DNA from: Nageia nagi
Lineage: Eukaryota > Plantae > Pinophyta
Length of the DNA stretch: 64,000 nucleotides
Assembly: GCA_050084985.1 (NCBI GenBank)
Contig: JBITNC010000001.1
Coordinates: 64,666,001-64,730,000, forward strand
Direction: 5' to 3'
Under the pieces are notes generated by a model. That model ran no database searches. It worked only from the letters and a program-made list of their open reading frames with translations, and was not told the DNA's origin. Below, in pieces: positions 50,101 through 62,100 of this stretch (position 1 is its first letter; each line of letters starts with the position of its first letter). The position numbers and the translations under genes were made by a program.

Positions 50101-53100
50101 AGAGCAATAAATGTAATTCTTTGTTTCTAGCATAATTTCCTTTAAAGTTTTAAACAGTAAAACTCCATAATTTAAGAACTAATTTTTCAGCAATCAGTTC
50201 ATATAATTGTTCCTTCTAATGACATTTTCATAAGTTTTGGAACATAGTTTTTTTTTTCTTTTAAATTTTTGTTAGAATTTCTGCCATGAATACACTTGGC
50301 TGCTAGTTCAGATTGATTTAGGATGCTAATTTGCCCTTTACTAGTCAGAAGTCCATTTAATTCCTACATGCCTTCTTTGCGGTTATATCATGTTACTCAA
50401 CATATCTTGTATATTATTTGAACTTTGTTGCGTTTCCTTTTTAAATTTTCAGGGTTAAAACCCAACTGGCCTCTAAGTTTTGTATTCAGGCATTTTCTTT
50501 TTGATTCCATAGACCTACATTGGTCATTCATGGACATTAATAAAATTTCTTTCTCTTTTTTTTTCTAGCATAAGTAAAGTTCCTCTGTCTGGAATGGGAG
50601 TCCATCCAGGCTTAGTTTGGCCTCTTGTTGATGAATACAGACCATTATCTGTTGATATTCCCTCTGCTTTCTTGCTCTTAAACCTAAAGTTTCTGTCATC
50701 CCATTCCTTGCTATATCTTCTGTATTGATAACAATATTTTAATTTGACCTTAGCCCGATCTGCTTGTGATGGTTGGTGGTGTCTTTGAAACTGATATAGG
50801 TGGGATACTGACAAAGAAGTTGTAAGCTGTATATCCAAGGAATTTCCAGGAGTTATTCTGATTCAGCCTGACGTTAGCATGCGAATAGATGATATATTTT
50901 TAATCAAGTGTCATGTTGAATTTGTGCTGTGTAGTTTAAAGTTCTGTCATCCATGGCCTGAATTCGAGAACACTTGGATAATTATAGTTTTTAGAATGAA
51001 CAATGAAATAATTTTGTGGCAGCAATTTTGTGAAATTGTAGTTCTTCTGCACCTGTTTATAATTCTGCTTTCTCTTTCAGAGAGCTCTCAAAATTCCATT
51101 TATAAAAGGCTCTTTAAGCTTTTGTTAGTCTCATATTAGTACTTTTGGAGGGTGTTAAAAACATATAAAGTCAGAAATCATCCAATTCTTGGCAAAATAT
51201 TATCTTAAGCAAAGTGTAATAAAAAGCACGAAAAATGTACTACTTTTGACCTCTACCATATCTTCTATTTGTGACTATCTAATCTTAGGTTAATTTATAT
51301 ATTTTTAATTGTTTATTGTAATGTTTATGACTTGGATCTTTTATTTTGTTTGTGGAAGTCCATTGTACTTTGCAGAGTGCTTTGTAATTCTTAAAATTCC
51401 TATGCTCTAGTCCCGTCTGAGGACTCCAAAAATGAAAATTCATTTATTTACCCAAGCATGCAGTCATAGGAAAGTATTATTAATTTGATTTTTGGCAGAT
51501 GGACTTATGCAGATCCTTCTTGGGCTCGTATAGCTGCACTTGTTCCTGTAGTGAAGGCTTGTGCAGCATCAGGTGATGAAATTGCAAAAAATGTTCTGTT
51601 AAACGCCATTCAGGAGCTTGCTGAAAGTGTTAAGGCTGTTGTGCAGAGACTGACTTTGTGCGGAAAGGTTAGAACTCTTTCTGTAATCTTATGAAAAGAT
51701 CATTGCTTTCAGATGGAAATTGATTTTGAAAGTACCTGACTATATTTGTCAGCTTCAGGGATGTTGAAATAGAATTTCAATAAAATCATATAAACAGACA
51801 TCCTTCAATCTAGACAAGAACCAAGCACATTGAAGATCTTGTAACTTTGGTATGAGATTTTGAATAGGCTAACAAAAGTTTGATAGCGGAGAAAAATAGT
51901 CAATGCGAAAATTATATATAGGTTTTTCTATTATCTGAGAATGAAATATCCCAATTATTACTCAAGATTTTTGGGCATAAAAACTAGATCTGTTACATGC
52001 TATCTTTGACTTTAAACTCCAACTGTAACAGCACTTTTATTACTTAATAATGATGACAGAATTCTGATCTTATAACAGCAGTAATATAGGAATTAAATCG
52101 CATGAAAGAGACTATAGAATCATTCATTCAAGAGTTGATAACAAGAACAATGAGTATATGAGATCAAATCTTCAATACGCAAGTAATAAGACTGTTATTT
52201 CTGTAACAATTCTGTAACATTCCTGTAGCAATATTTAGGGCATCCAAAATATGAGAGTCTCCTCACGAATTCTTCAAAATGCCACTTCTAAGGCTGTTGG
52301 GCGCATCCCTAGGCCAAAGAAGGATGAGAAGGGCACATCCCTAACTCAAGAAAAGCAGATATCAGAATTTGATTGGATGATCTCTTGAAAATGAGAAATG
52401 TTTTTGCTTAAATAGCCACTAAATGTCTCCATAAAAGCCAGCCGACCAGCCTTGGAAGAGAAAACTAGATTTCCAAGTGGTTTTGCCGACTTGAACATGG
52501 ATAATGATTCCAAATACAATTCTTTACATTTTTTTTTTCTTCTTTTGATAAATGCCAAAAGTGTAAAGTACTCCTAGATCTAGAAATTGCAATGAAAATG
52601 AAATACAAAGAATTTTGGGACATTACAAATCCTCCCCTCCCAAATTGCTTGTCCTCAAGCAATTCAAGGCTGGATGCATAAGGATCTCTGACCCTTGCCA
52701 TGTAGCATCTTCAACTGGTAAGCCTTTCCATTTTATCAGGTACTCTTTGATGATTCTGTTCCTCAAGATTTTTTCCTTGGTCTCCAAGAGGGTTTCAGGT
52801 TCAAGAATCAGCTTGCCTTCTTCATCAAGTGGGGGTAACTCCGTAGATGGAACCACATGCTATCCTAAGGCCTTTTTGAGGCATGAAACATGAAAGACAT
52901 TGTGGATCTTGCTATTGCGTGGCAACTCTAACTCATATGCAACTTCTCCCACTTTGCGTATGACCTTATATGGGCCATAAAATCGTGGTCTTAGCTTCTC
53001 CTTCCCACTTTTCTTCAATGTGGACTGTCTATAGGGCTGCATTCGTAAGTAGACCATATCTCCAACTTCAAATTGGCGTTCTGTTCTTTGTTGATCAGCA

Positions 53101-56100
53101 TATTTCTTCTGCTGGTTTTGTGCAAGTTGGATGTTATCTTTTAGGGTCTTCAATATATTCTGATTTTCTTCCACAAAGTCTTTAGCTTTAGGTACCGTAC
53201 TATCATTGATCAACAAGTCAATAATGTTAGAAGCATTATATCCATACAAAGCCATAAAAGGAGACATCTTAATGAAGATGTGATATGAGGAATTGTAGCA
53301 AAACTCCCCTAAGTGCAACCATTTTATCCATGCACGTTGCTGCCCTGAAACATAGTTCCTTAGGTAACCTTCTACCCATTTGTTCACTATTTCTGTTTGT
53401 CCATCAGTTTGGGGATGATAACTTGTACTTGGGGTTAGTATTGTACCACACAATTTAAACAATTCTTGCCAAAAAACTCATGAACTTGCTGTCCCTATCA
53501 CTTACAATATTTTTAGGTATGCCATGGAGTCTAAAGATTTCTTTGAAGAACAAGTCAGCCACTTGAACTGCTGTGTATGAGGTGGAAATGGCATAGAAAT
53601 GTGCAAATTTGGTCAATCTGTCCACTACCACATAGATGCAATCTTTACCTTGTACTTTGGGCAAACCAGAAATGAAGTCCATGGATATACTTTCCCATTT
53701 TTGTGTGGGAATGGGCAATGGTTGTAGCAATCCTGCTGGTAATGTATTCTCTCCCTTATTTTCTTGGCAAATAATACATTCTCTTACATGTCTAAGAACA
53801 TCATCCTTCAACCCCTTCCATGTGAATCTTTCTCGCAGCTGTCTATATGTTTTAAAGAAGCCAGGATGACCAGCCATTGGTGTGTCATGCATTGCCTCAA
53901 TTAATTTCTCTTTTAACTTTGAATTGGGCACAAGAAAAATTCTGTTTTTGTAAAAAATCAGTCCCTTTCTAATGTTGTACCTGTCATCTTTCAAGTGGCC
54001 ATCTATGAGACATGATGCTAATTCATTCTTGGTATATTCAGCCATGATGGCAGCTTTCCAATCGTCAATAATGATGGATGTAGAGTGAAAGGAGGGTGTT
54101 CTTGAGAGTGCATCAGCTGCTGTATTCTTTTTCCCTTTTACAAATTCAATGTCAAAATCATAGGATTGAAGCTTAGTTACCCATTTTTGTTGTCTCTCAT
54201 TCAAATCTTGCTGTCCCAAAAAGTATTTAAGACTGTTATGATCAGTCCTTACTATGAACTTGCCACATACCAAGTATTGTTTAAATTTGGCTAATGCATG
54301 CATAATGGCAAGCATTTCTTTGTCATAAATACTGAAAGCCTTTTCATTGGGTTTGAGTTTTCTACTTTCAAAGCAAATTGGCTGTCCTTTTTGCATGAGA
54401 ATAGCCCCTATCCCAAAGCCTGACGCATCACAATCAATAGTGAAAGGTAAGGAAAAATCTGGAAGTGCAAGTAGTGGACAAGTGGTCATTACCTCTTTCA
54501 ATTTTGTGAAAGCCTTGTGGGCCTCCTCATTCCATGCAAATGCATCTTTTTTTGTCAATTCGGTCAATGGAGCTGCTAAGGCTGAAAACCCCTTGATGAA
54601 TCTTCTATAGTAACTGCAAAGACCCAAGAATCCTCTCAAATGGGTCAAGTTGGTTGGTGTGGGCCATTCTTGAATAGCTGCAATTTTGTGTTCATCCACT
54701 TGTACCCCTTTGTTACTGATTATGTGTCCCAAATAGAGAATTTCAGTCAACCCAAATTCACATTTGGATTCCTTAGCATAGAACTTTTCTTGCTCCAAGA
54801 TTCTTAGGACTGTTTCCAAATGCTTCAAATGGTCTTCCCAAGAATTGCTATAGACAAGGATGTCATCAAAAAATAGTAATACAAATTTTCTCAAATATTC
54901 TCTGAATATTTGGTTCATAGCTGATTGGAAAGTGGCGGGAGCATTTGTCAAACCAAAGGGCATCACCAAAAATTCGAAATGACCATAGTGGCACCTAAAG
55001 GCAGTTTTGTGAACATCCTCCTCATTGACTCTAATTTGGTGATAGCCGGATCTAAGGTCAATCTTGGAAAAATACATAGCTCCATGCAATTCATCCATGA
55101 GCTCATCCACCCTAGGAATGGGGTATCTATTCTTGATGGTTTTTTTATTAAGGGCTCTATAATCTATGCACATTCTCAATGTTCCATCTTTCTTTTTGGC
55201 CAATACAACGGATGAGGCAAATGGGCTTGTACTTGGACGAATATGGCCTAGAGCTAAGAGTTCATTTATGATCTTTTCAATTTCATCTTTATATATCTTT
55301 GGATGCCTATAGGGGTTAATCATGATGGGTTTGGATCCATGTTCAAGTTCAATGGCATGTTGGAAACCTCTATGTGGTGGCAAACCTTTGGGAACTTCTT
55401 TGAAAATTTTACTATGCTTGCTTAGTAAAGTTTGAATGCCGGAATGATGAAAAACACAATGAGTGGATGGATGAGTCATACCTTTTAATGTGAAGATTTG
55501 GACAGCCCATACGAATTCTCCTTTTTTGAGGATCTTCTCCATTCTTTTATTTGTCACCTTTTGGGTCATGTGGTCTTTGACTCCTTGCAGCACCACCTCG
55601 CGTCCTTTATTTTTGAATTTGAATTGCAATGTTTGGTGGTTGGTAGTATAATCACCCAAGGGAAACAGCCATTGTACTTCCAACACTATTTGAGGTACTC
55701 CCCCCAATGGAAACACATAAAAATCTTCTTCAATTGAATGCCCATCAAACTCGATTTTCAAGTTAGTCACATATTTGTTGCAAGGTACAAGGTTCCCATT
55801 TCCAGTAGCCACATTAAAACCAGCAAAGAGTTCTGATTTTAGTTTCTTTCTTGCCACGAATTCCTCATCTATGAAGTTATGGGTTGCCCCACCATCAATT
55901 AATGTGATCACTTTTTCCCCTAGAATTTTCCCGGGTACTTTGATGGTGTAAAATTGGTTGGCACTATTCAAGGTAGCCAAGTTTCCTGTGTTGGTGACTG
56001 TATTTGGAACAACAGTCCCTTCATTGGTGAAATCTTCCATTGTGCATTCATTACTGGGTTCATTCTCATCATCGGATGCTTCATCATCAGAAATAACTTC

Positions 56101-59100
56101 AATATAATGAATTTGCCCCTTACCTAAACAACGGTGACCAGGTACCCATGGCTTCTTGCAGCTGAAACAAAGATTCTTCCTTCTAAGTTCATTTCTTTCA
56201 TCATCCAATTTCCTTCCATGGTGTGGCGATGGTGGACCCCTAGTTGTATGTGGTGTAGGTCTTCCCATGGGCTGGTTTCTTTGGAAAGCTGATCCTCCCC
56301 TTTGGAATGTATCTCTTCTTTGAAATGGGGTTGCAATGTTAGCTCTAGGAGGTGGTAGAGTAGAAGGCCTTGATCTAGGAAAAGCAGATGATTCAAGAGC
56401 TAGTGCCCTCCTAAAAGCATCTTGCAATGTGGGTGGTTCATGAGCTTTAACCAAACCCTTTAGTGGTTCTAGTAAGCCTTCAATGAAAAGAAAAGACACC
56501 CTTCTATCAGATATATTGGTCACCATAACTGAAATCTTCTGAAATTCTTCAATATATGCTTCAACAGTTGTTGTTTGTTGTAGTGTGGCTAGCTCCCTAA
56601 AGTACTCTTCTTCATCTTTCTTTTCAAATCTATCCAAGACTCTTTGACTAAATTCATCAAAGGTAATAATTTCTTCATGTCCTTGTGTTGTGAGGCCATG
56701 ATGCCACCAATCATATGCAGCTTCTTCAAGGTAATAGTGGCAAATTGGATTGCATCTTCTTCGGCTATAGGACAAAGAGTAAAGTAGGTTTGCAACTTTT
56801 GTAACCATGCTCTAGCTGTCATATTCTTGCCATTGAACATAGGAACTTGCATCTTTTGAAAATGCTTATTATCATAATACTTGCTATTTCTACCAATCTT
56901 CTTTCCCAAAATACTTAGATAGCTCTTAAAAGAAACTGAGTCTTTAAATTCAGTAGACTTACCTTGGTAATCAGCGAAGTATATCTCCATTTCTTCAGTT
57001 GCCAAACCTTGATCAGTTCCTTGTTTTGGCACGAACATGGGTCTTGAAGGTCTAGGCAAAGAAGGATGACCATAACGAACTGATCTTTCACTCCCTTGGT
57101 CATTCGCTAGTGTCCTAACTGTTTCCTCTTGTTGTGGTTGCGTTTGGGGTTTGGAGAGCCCATCTATTTTTTTGACCAACTGAGTTAGTAGGTCTACCAT
57201 TGTCTTGAGCTCATTTGGTGGTTCTTCCATGCCTTTGATTTCTTCAACTACTTGTTTTTCGAAGTTTGGATTTGCTGTTCGCTGCGAATCCTTCTTACTT
57301 TTTCTTGTGTAGTAATGGTGCATAGACTCCCTCACAGGCTGGCAAGAGACCAGCTCTGATACCACTGAAATATCCCAATTATTACTCAAGATTTTTGGGC
57401 ATAAAAACTAGATCTGTTACATGCTATCTTTGACTTTAAACTCCAACTGTAACAGCACTTTTATTACTTAATAATGATGACAGAATTCTGATCTTATAAC
57501 AGCAGTAATATAGGAATTAAATCGCATGAAAGAGACCATAGAATCATTCATTCAAGAGTTGATAACAAGAACAATGAGTATATGAGATCAAATCTTCAAT
57601 ACGCAAGTAATAAGACTGTTATTTCTGTAACAATTCTGTAACATTCCTGTAACAATATTTAGGGCATCCAAAATATGAGTCTCCTCACGAATTCTTCAAA
57701 ATGCCACTTCTAAGGCTGTTGGGCGCATCCCTAGGCCAAAGAAGGATGAGAAGGGCACATCCCTAACTCAAGAAAAGCAGATATCAGAATTTGATTGGAT
57801 GATCTCTTGAAAATGAGAAATGTTTTTGCTTAAATAGCCACTAAATGTCTCCATAAAAGCCAGCCGACCAGCCTTGGAAGAGAAAACTAGATTTCCAAGT
57901 GGTTTTGCCGACTTGAACATGGATAATGATTCCAAATACAATTCTTTACATTTTTTTTTTTCTTCTTTTGATAAATGCCAAAAGTGTAAAGTACTCCTAG
58001 ATCTAGAAATTGCAATGAAAATGAAATACAAAGAATTTTGGGACATTACAGAGAATATCTTTTTGTTGATTTTTCCTGTTTCCTAGCGTAGCATTTATGC
58101 TCAAAAATTTAATCTAATTTAATGTTTAAGCCTTCTTGATATTAATTTTCGATGATTATGAAATCATATTTGAAATTTGTAATGCTTGTTGATTGCAGAT
58201 GGACGTGAGTCTTTTCCTCTTGTGATGGTTGGTGGTGTCCTTGAAACTGATAATGGGTGGGATCTTGGCAGAGAAGTTATCAGCTGCATATCCAAGAAAT
58301 TTCCAGGAGTTATTCCAATTCAGCCCAAGGTTAGTGTATGAATGGATGCTATATTTTTACTCAAAGTATCATGCTAAATTTATATATAATGGAGATATCA
58401 TGATCAGATGCAAATAAGGGGATTTGTCAATGCAGTCACTTTAAGAGTATCATTCATTTTCTGATGTTTTTCATGCGCATATATAGGCTGTCCATAAGAA
58501 TTTTCTATTCTTTGTCTTGCATATCTATGTATCTGACTATATTTGGAAATACTCTGATTCTATCAAGATCTGCTCATACATAATACTTTCTCCCTTCTCT
58601 ATGACACTTAGAATAACAAATACTATTTATGAGCTGGAAGATTTACCACCTTATGCTGAAGGATTCTGATGGTATTAAGTACCAGTTATAATTTTAGGTT
58701 GTTTGTTTAATGTTACAACTTACTAAGTTTTGGAAAAAGAAAACATTGGCGAACATATTGCTTGGAGAAAATAGTATTTCAATGTGATCGATTCAAAGCT
58801 TTAAATCTTTGAAAGAGTTGAACGTATTGCCTGGAAAGTGTGCAATATTACATTCTTAATAATGGAAACATATTATTTAGATAAATGACCAAAATCTATT
58901 CACTGTGAGGACAATATTAATGCAGTTATGGGAATTTTATTTTTTGCTGGGGCCCTTTCTTTAGTCACTTCTGTAATCTCATCCTAATCTTGTATGGCAT
59001 ATCTAAATGCCTACGGCTGGATTTTGAATCTGATGGTCTTTACAGCTCGGAGAGGGAACCCACTCCATCGTACAGTGTACATTTTTTAACTTGGGCCCTT

Positions 59101-62100
59101 GTGGCTGTAAGTACTCCAGCTTATGGCTAGACAACAGACAGATTGGGGAATTCAATATCATTTTGGTAACATACATTCCAAATGATAAATTCTATTAGCA
59201 TGAAAGGAAATTTAATAGGTAGATCTCATAATAACTGCTTTGGAATGTATGCTAATTACGCAGTTATTATGAGATACCAAGAAAGTCTTAATATTTAAAA
59301 CTAGCTCCATTTCACAATAAATTTTTATTGACCTTAAATTCAAATAACATGAGGTTTTGAAAGACACTGTATCAAGATTTATGAAATTGTTGGCAAGTAC
59401 AAACAGAACAAAAAGTTACAGTTTTTTTTCTGTTTCTAAGAAGTTACATAGTTGGAAAGAGTGGATTTGACCATTATTCGTTTGGCTCCATGTGCAAAAT
59501 ATTTGGCGATTCGGCAACTACGCAGCAAAAAAAAAAAAGGAAAAAAAATCTGATTTTAGATAAAGTGCAGCATAGTTTTTGCTTTAAATATGAAAAATAC
59601 ATAATATTTTTGTCATCAAAATACATAGCAAATTATTTGGACTGAAAGAAATCTGATTTTAGATTATAAAGGGAAGCATATTTTTTGCATTAGATATGAA
59701 AAATAAAGTGTTTTTGTCTTTAAAATACATAGCAAAATGTTATTACAACCACATCAATTGTTTTCCCCCTTTCCCTTCACTGCTGTTGTGGATGTTTGTG
59801 CTGTCAATGCATTGTATATCCTCCTTGAAACAACTTTCTTGTGGTTGCAAATTTTCGCTTTGATATTTTGTGAGCCATTTAGAAGAGGGATCAATCTCAT
59901 CCAAATCAATCACATAATAATCGGCTCGATTATTTGTTTATGATGGAGCTTGAGATTGTTATGCACATACACCAAGTTTTTTAGATGTTCTTGAGCCAAT
60001 TTGTTTCACCATTTGGAGTGTATGTGCTCAAACATACTCCAATTGCTCTCACATCCAGTAGAGATGCAAAGTTGGAACAAAATTTGGACTACTAGTTGTT
60101 GGAGGAGAGGCACTTTCACGCCAAAGGACTCCCACCATAAAACTGAATGAACGAAATAATTACTAAATTAAAAATCAATCATTTGTAGAAAACTTGAAAT
60201 AGAAATAAAGATAAAATAAATATTAGCTGAATTTTTTGTTGCACATGACCTAATGCAAACTATACTCAAGAGAAGATAACCATTTGCATTCTTGTAGAAT
60301 TGCGACTCTCTTTATAGTTGATCCATTTTTCCTTGTATTAGACCAAACTCTCAAGGCAAATATAAAGCCCGGTGAGAACATCATCAACCACACAAGTCTT
60401 ATCATAAAAATATTTAGGATTTAGATAATAACCTGCTGCATTAATGGGCTTATGAAGTTGATTTGACTGTCTACAATCGAATCAACTCCCAATAATGCGA
60501 TACTTATGAATGTATTTCTAATATCATGCAATGGCCTCCTTGGCCTAGTCCATGGCCTTATATAAATAATCCATTGATGATATGTTTGAAGATTCAACAA
60601 TGTGAAGAACTCTCACCAAGAGTTCAATACCTAAATATATGTAATAAATAAATATAAAAAACATTAAACAAAAATTAAAATCATGAATCACTACTAACTT
60701 GGATGAGTTCATGTAAATTCTTCCAACAATCTTAATAAAAAAATATGTTTCTAACAAGGAAGCCTTTTGTAGTAGAAAAGTGAGACTTGGACCATTCTTG
60801 GGAAGCAAATATCCTCTTTAACGTTACCCTTCTAGAATGAAGGCTTTGCAAACTAAGGAAGTTGGTGGCAAACCATGTGACACCAAGTCCAACGATCTCC
60901 CTCCCATCTATGCGGTACCTCATCAAGTAAAGAACCCAATAATGACTGTAGATGAATTTTGCTATTTTTCTACTATTGATGACCACGTGTTTGACCCAAC
61001 TTATTTTCCCTATATCCTTCAATACAAGGTCAATGCAGTGGGTTGTGCAAGGAGTCCAATTAATGGCATGAAACATCTCTTCAAGAAGTTTCCTTGTTGC
61101 CACATGTTGTTGCATTATCATTGATATTGTGGACAACAGTTTGTGGCCCAATGTCAAATACTCTCTCCTCAAGCAAGGTGAACAATGTTCTATCTAATTT
61201 TATTTTATTTAAAGCATCAATTGATTTTAGAAATACAATGCCCCTTGTGAAAGCAACCAAAAACTTGACTATTGTTGTCCTCTTCCATCTGTTCACTCAT
61301 TAGACATAATAGTGCAACCCTTCACCCATTTATTTGCTCCTTTAACAAGTATACGTGCATCCTCTACACATTGGGTAAGAAGAGGTCCTCTAAACTCATT
61401 AGATGTTGGGGATTTGAATCTCGCACCAACCGTTAAAGCATTCACAATAGCATCGTAATACGGTGAGTTGTAGCATTAAATGGAATGTTGCAAAAATACC
61501 ATAAATTATCCATCGTTTTTTTGGTCTCTACTTGCATCTCCTTATTCTAATTGATTGCGTCAAGAGATTGTTGACCACTTGGATTGCTACGAGGAACAAA
61601 AGATGACAGCAGAGTGCGCCTATGAGCTAGATTCAATGTCAAAACTCAGAAGCATGACAAACCATAGGACCAATGTTGCTATGAATGGAACTAGATACAT
61701 AAGGTGGTTTGACAAAAGTGCTACTCTTTTCTGCCCATGTCTTCTACTTTTGTTCCTTCTTCTCGAAGAAACTCTCAAGGTAGGGGTTCATCTCTTAGAC
61801 TACCTCTAGTTGCACATTGTGGCATATCTCCACATCCTTGACTGAAATGCAAGCAAGATGGTATTTAATGTGGTTGATCCCACCATGTATTACCTTGCCA
61901 CAATAATTGCATTCAAGTTACCCAACCACCTGCTTGACATGTTTTCATCTTAGAATTTATCTTCTCTATCTAAACTGAAAACTGAATAAAAAAAGAAACC
62001 CTCAAAAAAACCCTTTGGAATAAAAAATGAAGTTGTAAAAAAGGAAAACTCAGCTAAAAACTAGAACACATCACTACAAGAAGAAAAATGCAGTCCAAAG

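Noticed and set aside
56589-56808. Programmed ribosomal frameshift between the overlapping chromovirus ORFs
   Set aside because: The shift falls inside gag, has no evident slippery heptamer, and is explained by one missing T.
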